From Bdellovibrionales bacterium (GTDB lineage: Bacteria > Bdellovibrionota > Bdellovibrionia > Bdellovibrionales > JAUICD01), in NCBI GenBank assembly GCA_965203275.1, contig OZ241865.1, positions 928,001-992,000 of the forward strand: a stretch of 64,000 nucleotides of DNA, given 5' to 3'. This document shows, piece after piece, positions 28,314-38,771 of this stretch. The position numbers and the translations under genes are program-made. The notes under the pieces were generated by a model. That model was given only the letters and a program-made list of their open reading frames with translations. It was not told where the DNA came from and did no database searches. The stretch's first letter is position 1. Each line of letters opens with the position of its first letter.

Positions 28314-30578
28314 ATGAAATTCACAGTACAGAAAAATTATATCAGTATTCCATTCCAAAAAGAAAATCTCACACAGGATATTCAAAGCATTTTGAGTATA
28401 GCTCAAGTAGCTCAAGTAGATAGAGTACATAAAGATAACATGATCTATGTTCAAATAAAGCATGAACAGATAGCCAATCTCAATGTTCATCAGATTAAAA
28501 AATTAGGGTTACCTCCTGTTTATCCCTATCGTTTAAAGGTGATCACACAAGGAAGACCTACAACATCAGCTTTCTCATATCAGATTCAATTTTTAGATGA
28601 AAAATCAAGAAGGTTTTATAATATGGATAGAAATGGAGTTATTTTAAAATTAAATGGCAAGTCATTCACCCTCACGAATCCTCATTTTAAGTTTTTAGAA
28701 GCCTTAAAGAAAATATCTTCAGATATTAAAAATCCAGGTGAGCGTCTTAAGCTTTGGACTGATGTTATTCAAACTGTTCCCAAAGAAATAGCTTTAAGCA
28801 ATTCAGAGCATAAATCTCAACGTAAAAAATGGCCCTATCTTAAAAAGGGCATTCCACCAATCTTAAAAGACAAATTTATTAAATATCCTCATCAGAAAAA
28901 AGGATTGCTGTGGTTACAAGAAGGCTTAATTCAAGGCACTCCTGGATCTCTTCTAGCTGATGATATGGGACTTGGCAAAACCTTTCAAGCTCTTGCCCTT
29001 TTACATTGGTATAACAAAAATATGAAAAACAAAAAACCTATATTGATTGTGGCCCCCACAGGACTCTTAAAAAATTGGCAAGATGAGCATGAAGAGCATC
29101 TCTTTAAACATGGAGGCGGTTTAGGAAGACTTTATAAAGCTTATGGTGAATCCTTTAGAGGAGATAGAAAGAAAAACAGCACAGTAAATCCTATCGTCAA
29201 AGAAATGAAGCAATCTGACTGGGTTTTAGCTACCTATGAATCCATTAGAGATCATCATAAAGATTATTTTATTAAAGTGTCTTTTGGTATTATTGTCTTT
29301 GATGAAATACAAAAGATCAAAAATCCTAATGCATTAATAACAGATGCTACAAAGGCTTTGGATAGTGATTTTTCTATAGGACTGACAGGAACTCCTATTG
29401 AAAACAGTTTGATTGACTTCTGGTGCATATCAGACTGCCTTTATCCAAAGATATTAGGTTTATTAAAAGACTTTCATAAGAAGTATATTGGAAAGAAAAA
29501 GGAAGGTTCTGACAATGAAATTCAAAATAAACTTTTAAACAAAACACCGCCTTTTTTGTTAAGGAGAATGAAAGAAGACATATTGGTCAACTTGCCAAAA
29601 AGAAAATTTATAACAAGACAAGTAGAAATGACCGGCGAGCAAAAAGATGTTTATACAGAAGTTTTAAGAAAGGTCAGAGATAAAGAATATGCCAATACCC
29701 TTCAAGCTATTTCACTTCTCAAAAGATATTCTATTTATCTTCAAGATTGTTTTGAAGGTTCTGATGAAGAGTTTATCCAATCAAGTGCAAAACTAAAATT
29801 ACTTTTTGAGATGTTGGAAGATATTCAAGTCAAAAATGAAAAGGTACTGATTTGCATTGAAAATAGAAACCTTCAAAAGAAAATCAAAGGGATTTGTGAT
29901 GCTAGATGGAAATTAGAGGTGAAGATAATCAATGGAGATATGAGTGGAGAGCAACGTAAAAAAACTGTTGATAATTTTGGAAATATTCAAGGATTTAATA
30001 TTATGATCATCTCACCTCGAGCTGGTGGAGTGGGGCTTAATATTGTATCTGCTAATCATATCATTCATTTAGAAAGATGGTGGAATCCAGCAATAGAAGA
30101 TCAGTGTAATGATCGTATTTTTAGAATAGGTCAAAAACGTTCAGTCTATGTTTATTACCCTTTAACTATCCATCCTCATTATAAAGAAGAAAGTTTTGAT
30201 ATGGTATTAGATCGCCTTTTGAAAAAGAAAAAAACTATGAGAGATCAAACACTTGTTCCATCTGAACCTGATCAGCATGAAAAAGATGAGTTTTGTCGAA
30301 TGATCACAAAAGAAGAACCTTATCAAAAATGTGAGAATTCTTTTTATGATACGGAAGCATGGAAAAATCTAAGGGTTCAAGCATTTCAACGATATGGCTC
30401 TCAGTGTTTAAGGTGTGGGAATAAAGCAAATATTGAAGTTGATCATGTCAAACCTAGATGCAAGTATCCTGAATTAGAATTAGACATCAATAATCTTCAA
30501 ATTTTATGTAGAGATTGCAACTATCGAAAAGGCTCTAAAGATTCTGTGCAATGGGATTTTAGATTTATACCTAGTTAA
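28314..30578 (+). CDS. zorD: ZorD-like SNF2 helicase/ATPase fused to a C-terminal HNH endonuclease
   Basis: LADDMGLGKT, DEIQ, TGTPIEN, SPRAGGVGLN, WWNPAIEDQCNDRIFRIGQ; C-terminus 'CLRCG...VDHVKP...NLQILCRDCNYRKG'. Confidence 0.82.
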   Translation: MKFTVQKNYISIPFQKENLTQDIQSILSIAQVAQVDRVHKDNMIYVQIKHEQIANLNVHQIKKLGLPPVYPYRLKVITQGRPTTSAFSYQIQFLDEKSRRFYNMDRNGVILKLNGKSFTLTNPHFKFLEALKKISSDIKNPGERLKLWTDVIQTVPKEIALSNSEHKSQRKKWPYLKKGIPPILKDKFIKYPHQKKGLLWLQEGLIQGTPGSLLADDMGLGKTFQALALLHWYNKNMKNKKPILIVAPTGLLKNWQDEHEEHLFKHGGGLGRLYKAYGESFRGDRKKNSTVNPIVKEMKQSDWVLATYESIRDHHKDYFIKVSFGIIVFDEIQKIKNPNALITDATKALDSDFSIGLTGTPIENSLIDFWCISDCLYPKILGLLKDFHKKYIGKKKEGSDNEIQNKLLNKTPPFLLRRMKEDILVNLPKRKFITRQVEMTGEQKDVYTEVLRKVRDKEYANTLQAISLLKRYSIYLQDCFEGSDEEFIQSSAKLKLLFEMLEDIQVKNEKVLICIENRNLQKKIKGICDARWKLEVKIINGDMSGEQRKKTVDNFGNIQGFNIMIISPRAGGVGLNIVSANHIIHLERWWNPAIEDQCNDRIFRIGQKRSVYVYYPLTIHPHYKEESFDMVLDRLLKKKKTMRDQTLVPSEPDQHEKDEFCRMITKEEPYQKCENSFYDTEAWKNLRVQAFQRYGSQCLRCGNKANIEVDHVKPRCKYPELELDINNLQILCRDCNYRKGSKDSVQWDFRFIPS

Positions 30579-30734
30579 GTTGACTGTTATAGGCTTTTAT
30601 AGAGGGAAATCTTTTATCTAGCATGATGGCATAGATGGCAAAATTCTTCTACTACGATCTCAATTTTATTTCTACTTTAGTAGATAAAAAGTTTGTTCTT
30701 ACTATGAATAAGAAGTAAGGATGAGGCTATTGGT

Positions 30735-31352
30735 TTATTGTTTTATTCCTAATTTTAGTAGTTTCTCTATAACTTTTATATTGTCATTTTCAATGGCATG
30801 TATTAAAGTCGTTTTATCGTCATCATTTCTATTTTCTACATACTCATCACTATATTTATCTAATTCTTTCTGATATTTTTTCTTATCTTTTTCATATTTA
30901 GCAACCATTTGTTCTATATCTTCTTTAATTATTGCTATTAACTTGTCTACCATTTCGTCATGACCATTCTTACAAGCATGCATTAAAACTGTATAACCAT
31001 TCTCATCTTTAGCACGTATGTTTAATTTATCATTGAATGTTGGCATGCGGTATTTACGATCTTTTAAAAGTGCTTCTATGATGCTTTTATTTTTTTTCTT
31101 ACAAGCATGCATTAAAGCAGTATAGCCATCTTTATCTTGAATGCTTTGATCTGCTCCGAGTTTTACTAAAAGCTCTATAACGTGGGTTTGTTCGTTTATA
31201 ACAGCATACATTAAAGCAGTTATTCCTTTATCATCTTTAGCATTAATATCTAATTTATAGTCTACTATTAACTTTCCTATAGTTTTTAAATTGCCTTTAT
31301 CACAAGCATACATTAAAGCAGTCTTGCCTTTATTTTCTATATGTTCAGTCAT
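30735..31352 (-). CDS. Ankyrin-repeat protein
   Basis: Repeated 'G.TALMYA/HAC' motifs. Confidence 0.85.
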   Translation of the reverse strand: MTEHIENKGKTALMYACDKGNLKTIGKLIVDYKLDINAKDDKGITALMYAVINEQTHVIELLVKLGADQSIQDKDGYTALMHACKKKNKSIIEALLKDRKYRMPTFNDKLNIRAKDENGYTVLMHACKNGHDEMVDKLIAIIKEDIEQMVAKYEKDKKKYQKELDKYSDEYVENRNDDDKTTLIHAIENDNIKVIEKLLKLGIKQ

Positions 31353-31643
31353 GGTTAATATCCTTTTTATTTGATTAAAAGAGTCATTTTATTGAAATTG
31401 TGGTGTTTGGTCAATGGATGACTCGGTCGCGTTATGTTATTTCTGTTTTAAAAGTGTGTTTATTGTCTCTTTTAGAGACACTTTAATTGTAAGGTATTTT
31501 TTTTCTTTAAAGTTTATGTTATAAAGCACCGACTAGATAAACATAGGTAAACGTAGACCAACGGGCATGATCTTAAGACCAATAGTTATTTTAAAAATTC
31601 GTTTTAAAAAAATAAAAATCAATAATAAACCTAGGAGGATATT

Positions 31644-32036
31644 ATGAGTGACAATCAATCAATGCATATAGAGGATACTCCAAAGAATGGAGATTCGGCA
31701 GGACATGAACAAAACTCACAAAAAAGTACAGTGGAATCTTTTCTCTCTTTTTTTCAGTCTGATCTAGTAAAAGCTGTATGCTTTATTTTTGGAGTCGTGG
31801 TGTCTCTTGGTGTATTCCTTTTAATTGGTTTCGTTAGTGTTGTGAGTGGCTTATTTATGGTCGGTGATAGGTTAAATACACCTATTAAAGCACAAATAAG
31901 CAGTTTTGAATCAAAAATTGATAACAGGTTTGATCGTATGGATGAGCAAAATGAAAAGTTTCAAAAAGAAATGATTAAACGAAATGAAATGTTTGAAAAT
32001 ACGGTCATTGAAATTATTAAAACTTCAAAGGATTGA
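31644..32036 (+). CDS. Hypothetical TM + coiled-coil protein
   Basis: AGGAGG RBS, central hydrophobic segment, 'KIDNRFDRMD' coiled coil. Confidence 0.65.
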   Translation: MSDNQSMHIEDTPKNGDSAGHEQNSQKSTVESFLSFFQSDLVKAVCFIFGVVVSLGVFLLIGFVSVVSGLFMVGDRLNTPIKAQISSFESKIDNRFDRMDEQNEKFQKEMIKRNEMFENTVIEIIKTSKD

Positions 32037-32170
32037 GTTTATCCAAAGAGGATGATATACGATAATTAATTTCTACTGTTGTAGATTTTAGTTAATGTTA
32101 ATTGCTTATCTAAAGATATGAATTGATTCATAAGTGGATATGAAAACTAAAGTTTCCATGATTCCATATT

Positions 32171-32198
32171 AAAAGAGGCCTTATGGTCTCTTTTTTTT
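32171..32198 (+). terminator. Intrinsic terminator
   Basis: AAAAGAGGCC-TTAT-GGTCTCTTTT followed by a T tract. Confidence 0.65.
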
Positions 32199-32633
32199 AG
32201 ATGTTGCCCGTGTGCCACTCCACTCATCTTTCAATATGTCTCTTTTTGTTTAATTTAATTGATTTATCAAGTAATTTCAATGGTTTATAGCTGTAACCTT
32301 TTTATCTATGGGCTTAATTGAGATTGTTTTTGACTTTTTGAGACATTAAGATATAAACCAAAGCTGTGTGATAAAAGGTATTTCTTGTTTGCTGAATTGT
32401 TCAGGTATTTTATAGTTTTTAGGAGTTTTTCAAATCTCTATAAAACTTGCACAATCAAAAGTTTTTGTGGTTATAGTGTGTGAGATTTTTAAAGGAGTGT
32501 TTCTTTTAAGACAATGACTTAAGTATACTTTTACAATTATTTTGAGCCTTTTATCTTTCTCATCAATAATACTTTGTCCATTATAATATCTGTATAACCT
32601 TATCTTATTTAATTGAAAGGAGAGATAATTTTA

Positions 32634-34163
32634 ATGCATTTTAAAAACGTTTTAATAAGTGTATCTGATACAACAGGCATTGCAGAGACGGCTTTGAAGT
32701 TATCTCAAAGTGGAGCGAGGATTGTGGCCACAAAAGGTACAAGCATATATCTTCAAAAAAAAGGCATCAAAGTGATTCCTGTCTCTGAACAGACAGGATT
32801 CCCAGAAGTGATGAATGGCCGTGTTCGCACTTTACATCCTTATATTCATATCCCTTTATTAGCACGTCACAACAACCAGAATGATCAAAAACTTTTAAAA
32901 TCAAAAAACTTACAAGCCTTTGATCTTCTGATATGCAATCTTTATCCTTTTGAAGATGCAGTTCAGCAAGGGGTGACTAAAGATATCAGTGAATACATTG
33001 ATATAGGAGGAGTGACACTGCTCCGAGCTGCTGCTAAAAACTTTGAATCTCTTGTTGTCATCTGCGATACAGAAGATTATGCACTGATATTTGATCAAAG
33101 CAGACTTTCTCTACAAAAAAGAAAATATCTTAGTAGCAAGGCTTTTCATCATGTGTCTTCCTATGACGCTGTCATTGCCCAAACACTTAGCATGGACTTT
33201 AATCGAGTTTTCCCTTACATGAGCTTTTCTGGTCAATATCAATCTTCATTAAGATATGGGGAAAATCCAACACAAAAAGGTTATTGGTTTAAACAAAGAG
33301 GAGAGAGCTGGGGATTACATCAAGCCCAAATACTGCAAGGCAAAACATTATCTTATAATAATATTTTAGATATTAATGCAGCAGTAAGAGTATTAAGGAT
33401 TTTTAAAGATCAAACAACTGTGGTTGCAGTCAAACATAATAACCCTTGTGGAATTGCCACAGATAAAGATTCTCTTAAAGCTCTAATGTTATCTTTATCA
33501 GCAGACCCCGTGAGTGTTTTTGGTGGTATTGTAGCTTTGAATGGACGAGTCACCCCAGAAATTGCAGAAAAACTAACTTCTCTTTTTTTAGAATGTGTCA
33601 TCACTTCTAAAGTCGAGCCTGAAGCTTACAAAATACTTCAAAAAAAGAGAAACTTAAGAGTGCTTGTTTGGAAACAAATGTGTGACCCAAGGGCTGATTT
33701 GTTTTCTATTAAAAGTGTTTTAGGAGGTTGGCTACTGCAATCAGAGGATGATGTGCAAGCTTGGTCAAAGCAGTGGCAAATAGTAGGTCAAAAGCCAGAT
33801 GAGCAGATACGTAAAGGAATAACCTTTGCATGGAAAACAGCTGCTTGCCTTAAAAGTAATGCGATAGCTATCACCAATGCAAAACAAACTTTAGGTTTAG
33901 GTATGGGGCAAACCAATCGCATAGATGCAGCAAATCATGCTATTCTAAGATGGAAAACACATCATCCTCACAAGCAAGAAAATGCTATTCTTGCAAGTGA
34001 TGCTTTTTTCCCTTTTACAGATGTGCTTGAAAGGGCATCTCAAGAAGGCATTAAGTGGATTATACAACCTGGAGGATCTATTAAAGATGCTCAAATAATT
34101 CAAAAAGCCAAAAAGCTAGGATTAAATATGATACTCACAGGGCAGAGACATTTTTTACACTAA
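32634..34163 (+). CDS. purH: Bifunctional AICAR transformylase/IMP cyclohydrolase
   Basis: 'LISVSD', 'TGFPEVMNGRVRTLHP', 'IDIGGVTLLRAAAKN', 'LRYGENP', 'KHNNPCG', 'ASDAFFPF', 'QPGGS', 'RHFLH'. Confidence 0.97.
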   Translation: MHFKNVLISVSDTTGIAETALKLSQSGARIVATKGTSIYLQKKGIKVIPVSEQTGFPEVMNGRVRTLHPYIHIPLLARHNNQNDQKLLKSKNLQAFDLLICNLYPFEDAVQQGVTKDISEYIDIGGVTLLRAAAKNFESLVVICDTEDYALIFDQSRLSLQKRKYLSSKAFHHVSSYDAVIAQTLSMDFNRVFPYMSFSGQYQSSLRYGENPTQKGYWFKQRGESWGLHQAQILQGKTLSYNNILDINAAVRVLRIFKDQTTVVAVKHNNPCGIATDKDSLKALMLSLSADPVSVFGGIVALNGRVTPEIAEKLTSLFLECVITSKVEPEAYKILQKKRNLRVLVWKQMCDPRADLFSIKSVLGGWLLQSEDDVQAWSKQWQIVGQKPDEQIRKGITFAWKTAACLKSNAIAITNAKQTLGLGMGQTNRIDAANHAILRWKTHHPHKQENAILASDAFFPFTDVLERASQEGIKWIIQPGGSIKDAQIIQKAKKLGLNMILTGQRHFLH

Positions 34164-34265
34164 AATAAAAAACTTATTGTATTAACAATAATAACCACTA
34201 CAAGAAACTACAAAAACTACAAGAAAAAGAATAAATTCATCATTAATAATAGAGGGGTATTAACT

Positions 34266-36065
34266 TTGAGCGATCAAGTTTGGATTATTAAAGAAGGTTT
34301 AGAAATTTTTGGTCCTTTTAATCAGGCAGAGATTATTGCTCATATCAATAATAAGGAGATACTAGAGACAGATCAAATTGCAGCACATCTTTCAAAGTTT
34401 CAATTTATGAAAAACTGTGAAGAATTTAGTCTTCTTTTTAGTGATGATGATGATGAAATACAAGGGGTTACTAAAACAGAACACACCACTGATATGGAAG
34501 ATATTAATCCTAGTGTCACAGGTTTTCTCGATGTCACTCTAGAAAAAACAAATCCTAGTCCTGAAAGGACAACTCTACCTGAAAGACTTCCTTTAAAAAC
34601 AAATTCTAAGCGAGTTCCTATTCAAAAGTCACAAACAACACATATAGATTCTAAAACTTTACCTGACACATCTGTTCTGGTTAAGAAAAAAAACAAATAC
34701 TTACAAGCAAGTATGTTTCTTGTAAGTGCAGTTATTGTAGCTGGATGTGTGTTTTATTACATGCAGTTTTTAAAACAAAATATAGAAAGCAAACAAGAAT
34801 TAGAACAAAGAACTTCCAACTACATTCAAAGACATTTGAAACTTGCTATTTTATCTAAAAAAAGTGGAGACCTTGAGGAATCTAAACAACAGTCAAAAAA
34901 TATCTTAAACATGAATCTCAATAATCCAAAAGCTTTTTTTAATTTGGTGGAGACATTCATTATGGAAAAAAACTATCAAGATGCAAGAGAAGAGTTAGAA
35001 AACAAATTACAAGATCATGCTATGTCTTCTATGCAACATGAAATTTATAATTACTTAGCATTGATCGACTTAGAAAATTCAAAACATTCACAAGCAGAGT
35101 CCAATCTAAAATCTGCACTTGCAAAACAACCTTCTTTTGTACCTGCCATTGTCAATCAAGGTACATTTTATTTTTTAAATGAAGCATACGATCAAGCAGA
35201 AGAAGCATATAAAAAAAGTATGACTTATGAGAATATTCCAAAAGGAATGATCCTACTCCATCGAGTTTCTAATGCTGTTGAAAAATATGGAAATTTAGAA
35301 AACAATTCTAGCTCTCTTGAGAAAAAAGGTCAGATTGATAAAAACTCTTTTGAGAAGGATCAAGTTATAGAAGCACTTATAAAGCTTTTACAAGAATATA
35401 GACAAAATGCATATAATTTTAAATTAGAGTCTATACTGGCATTGGCTTTATTGCATTACAAATTAGGTAATGAGGGTATTTCTGAAGATTTATTAAAAAG
35501 TATTTTAGAATTAGACCTTGATTTGACAGATAGACATTTTCAAGATGTGCGATATTTTCAAGAAGGATTGATTTGGGCGAACATAGAGTTTTGGTTTCAA
35601 GATTTTAATTGGAGTAGAGAAACAGAACTGCTTGCAGTGCAAGGATTCTTAATATTCAAAAGAGGAGATGAAGACAGAGGTATGCAGATTGTTGAAGAAG
35701 CACTTAAGCGAGAGTCTGGAAATTATAAAATCCAAACCTTACATGCCTATTTACTTTCAAAAAAAGGCTTTAGTTTTGATGAGGAATTAAAAGAAATGAG
35801 ATTAAAAGAGGTTAATTTCCCTCCACAATTATTATTATCTATGCGTATGTATATGAAAAAGGAAAACTGGACTGCTGTTCAAAATGACTTAAACTCTCTT
35901 CGATCTCTTGATGCTTTCCCCCTTCAGGTTCTCACTGGTTTAGCTCAAATGTATGAGGAGCAACCTGAACGTTCTATTGCTAAAAGATATTTTACAGAAG
36001 CTAAAAAGCTTTCTCAAGATTATAAACCTCTTTTATCCTTAGAAGCTAAATGGGCAAGTGAATAA
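34266..36065 (+). CDS. Membrane-anchored TPR protein with N-terminal GYF-like segment
   Basis: 'WII...IFGPF', single TM near aa 145-165, TPR-like helices. Confidence 0.65.
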   Translation: MSDQVWIIKEGLEIFGPFNQAEIIAHINNKEILETDQIAAHLSKFQFMKNCEEFSLLFSDDDDEIQGVTKTEHTTDMEDINPSVTGFLDVTLEKTNPSPERTTLPERLPLKTNSKRVPIQKSQTTHIDSKTLPDTSVLVKKKNKYLQASMFLVSAVIVAGCVFYYMQFLKQNIESKQELEQRTSNYIQRHLKLAILSKKSGDLEESKQQSKNILNMNLNNPKAFFNLVETFIMEKNYQDAREELENKLQDHAMSSMQHEIYNYLALIDLENSKHSQAESNLKSALAKQPSFVPAIVNQGTFYFLNEAYDQAEEAYKKSMTYENIPKGMILLHRVSNAVEKYGNLENNSSSLEKKGQIDKNSFEKDQVIEALIKLLQEYRQNAYNFKLESILALALLHYKLGNEGISEDLLKSILELDLDLTDRHFQDVRYFQEGLIWANIEFWFQDFNWSRETELLAVQGFLIFKRGDEDRGMQIVEEALKRESGNYKIQTLHAYLLSKKGFSFDEELKEMRLKEVNFPPQLLLSMRMYMKKENWTAVQNDLNSLRSLDAFPLQVLTGLAQMYEEQPERSIAKRYFTEAKKLSQDYKPLLSLEAKWASE

Positions 36066-36079
36066 TTAAGGACGTTAAA

Positions 36080-37223
36080 ATGGATCATTTAAAAAATTTG
36101 AGTCATTTATCTACGCAATTTCAAGATATTCAGAAGAGAGTTGAAAATCTTCGGAGGTGTCTTTGACTTACAACAAAAACAAAAACGTATTTCAGAAATA
36201 ACTCAAATGTTAGAAAATCCTAAAACTTGGCAGAATCCTTCTGCAATGCAAGACCTCAATAGAGAAAAATCTTTACTTGAAAAACCTATTCAAGAGTGGC
36301 AACAGCTCCAACCTCTTATAGAAAATACAGAAACTCTTTTAGAGATGATTCGTGAAGTTTCTATAGATACATCTCAAGCTAATCAAAAAGAGATCAATGA
36401 ACTATTTAAGGATTTGCATTTAGAGCTTCAAGCTTTGGAATCTTTGTTACAAAAATTAGATTTAAAAACTATATTAGGAGAGGACATAGATCGAAAGAAT
36501 AGTTATTTAGTCATCCATGCAGGAGCTGGTGGCACAGACGCTTGTGATTGGGTAAGTATATTGTTGCGTATGTATATAAAATGGGCTGATGCACAAGGTT
36601 ATAAAATAACTTATCAAGAAATGACCATGGGCGAAGAAGCTGGTATTAAATCAGTGACAGTGTTTATTCAAGGAGATTATGCGTATGGTTATCTTAAATG
36701 TGAAAAAGGGGTTCATCGGCTTGTGCGTATTTCTCCTTTTGATTCAAATGCTAGGCGACACACATCTTTTGCAGCTGTAGACGTTTACCCTGAAATAGAT
36801 GAAACGATCCATGTAGAGATCAAGCAAGAGGATTTACGAGTAGACACATACAAAGCTAGTGGTGCTGGAGGACAGCATGTGAATAAAACAGATTCTGCTG
36901 TACGCATCACTCATTGTCCAACAGGTGTAGTGGTTCAATGTCAAAGTGAACGTTCACAGCATTCTAATAGGGATCGAGCTATGAAAATGCTTAAGTCTGT
37001 TTTATATGATAAAGAACGTGCTAAAAGAAAAGCAGTAAAGGCACTAGAAAATGCAGAGAAAATGGCTAATGAGTGGGGGAGCCAAATTCGTTCTTATGTC
37101 ATGCATCCTTATCAAATGGTCAAAGATCATCGAACAAATTTTGAAGTAGGTGATGTCAATAGTGTACTTGATGGAAATATCACAGATTTTATCAATGCTT
37201 TTTTAAGAAGGTTGGCTCACTAA
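36080..37223 (+). CDS. prfB: Peptide chain release factor 2 with programmed +1 frameshift
   Basis: ATG 36080, 28 codons to CTT-TGA-C (36161-36167) with internal SD (GGAGG); SPF and GGQ motifs in the +1 frame. Confidence 0.97.
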
Positions 37224-37815
37224 AAGTAAACTGACCTCTGGTCACTTTTGGGTTGCCAGCCGAAGGCTATTCGCCTTCTTAAATGCTGGCAACCTCAAAA
37301 GTCCGTTTACTTTTAGTAGGGAGTTAGTTGTTTCACTCAAAATGAGCCACACCTCTGGTGTGTTTTTGGGCATTGCTCTGACAGCTTACGCTGTCTAAAA
37401 AGAGCAATGCCGCAAAAAACTGCTCATTTTGAGTAGGGAGGATCTCCTCATTTTTTAACATAATGTTAGGGAAACAAGATGTTTATTTCATTTTGATATT
37501 TTGCCTTTGACAAAATAGGCAACACCTAAAAAATCCATTCATTTCAAGTAAGAAAGGATATCCTTGCCACTTAACACCATGTTAAGGAAACAAGATGTTT
37601 AGCCCGACGGCTCTCGCCGTCGATCAAAGGCTAACTGCCTAGAAAATCCATTTATTTTGAGTAGAGGAGGATCCTCTCGTCTCTTTACACGATGTTAGGG
37701 AAACAAGAGTTCTTTCTGATGCCTGTTTGCCGGATCCCAGATCCCGGATCCCAGATCCCAGATCCCGGAAAGAGAATCCTCTCATATTTTTATACCATGT
37801 TAAGGAAACAAGATT
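37217..37815. repeat. Element A cluster (two full copies, partial copies, GATCCC heptamers)
   Basis: First copy begins at the prfB CAC-TAA; second begins TTTCACTCAAAATGAGC at 37331; heptamers at ~37730-37770. Confidence 0.9.
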
Positions 37816-37880
37816 TCCTTTTTTTTGTTTTTTTATTTTTTTAGATTCTGCATAACTCTCAAACAAAAAATAATTAGGTG

Positions 37881-37983
37881 GAGGATGGGGCAGTGGGAGC
37901 CTGGAGATCTTCCGCAAATTGAGCTTGCTCTTTAAAAGCAAGCTCAATTGAGGACTTCGGAAGGCTCACACTGCCCTATCCTC
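37881..37983. other. Long imperfect hairpin (~100 nt)
   Basis: GAGGAT-GGGCAGTG-GAGCCT...AATTGAGCTTGCT/AGCAAGCTCAATT...AGGCTC-CACTGCCC-ATCCTC. Confidence 0.7.
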
Positions 37984-38040
37984 AAGTAAAAACAAAATAG
38001 AAAAGCAGAATCGAAGGGTGGCGGGTGGGGTTAGGGGTTT

Positions 38041-38085
38041 GTTTCACTAAAAGTGAACTGACCTCTGTTTCCCTCAAAGTGAAAG
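38041..38085. repeat. Element A nested stubs
   Basis: TTTCACTAAAAGTGAACTGACCTCTG|TTTCCCTCAAAGTGAA. Confidence 0.75.
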
Positions 38086-38219
38086 CTGTCTGATGGATAA
38101 AATGCCTAATCTATAAAAAATACCGACCCTACCTCGATCATTGTTTAATTTTTCTTCTGTTTTGCCGATAAAAAATAAAAATGTTTCTATAAAAATAAAT
38201 CTAAAGTCTAGGAAACTCA

Positions 38220-38771
38220 ATGAAAAACACTATTTTATGGCTTATAACTATCGTTTTAATATCAGTACCTTTCAATGGACTAGCTCAATCTAAAAATAAT
38301 AAAGTAAATGCACAAAAAGTTCAAAAAGCAAATAACTCTATTATACCTGATAGAAACTTTAGCTCTCGCTGGAAATTCAAAAGAGACTATGGTGATACCC
38401 TCATCTACACCTCATCGAATAAAGTGCAACTCACAGTCAAATATCAAACAACGCCTTTCAATAGCCATAATTTTACAAAACAGCTCATCTCAAAACAAAG
38501 GAGGCAAAAGAAAAGAATACTAGCTTCTATAGGCATCAAAAATTGGAAAGTCCATCAAAGTCATGTCAAAAAAGGCAAAGAAAAAACATATATTCATTTA
38601 CAAGGTTCTTATACAGATCCTTCTGGTCAAAAAGTATTATTTGTAGAACATCATTTTTATAGTGCTTTTCGACATCTTCAACTTCTTTTAACTCATAATA
38701 AATCTCAAACCCTCCTGAGGAGTTCAAGCTTAGCACATATCAAAGATTTTAGGATAAAATATGGATTTTAA
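38220..38771 (+). CDS. Hypothetical secreted basic protein
   Basis: Signal peptide; overlaps the start of the next gene. Confidence 0.7.
   Translation: MKNTILWLITIVLISVPFNGLAQSKNNKVNAQKVQKANNSIIPDRNFSSRWKFKRDYGDTLIYTSSNKVQLTVKYQTTPFNSHNFTKQLISKQRRQKKRILASIGIKNWKVHQSHVKKGKEKTYIHLQGSYTDPSGQKVLFVEHHFYSAFRHLQLLLTHNKSQTLLRSSSLAHIKDFRIKYGF

Noticed and set aside
34155..34175. purH end (CAC-TAA-AAT) and ankyrin end at 17553 (CCC-TAA-AAG) resembling element A termini
   Set aside because: Only 7-8 bp match with no P4 hairpin following; could be chance in AT-rich DNA.
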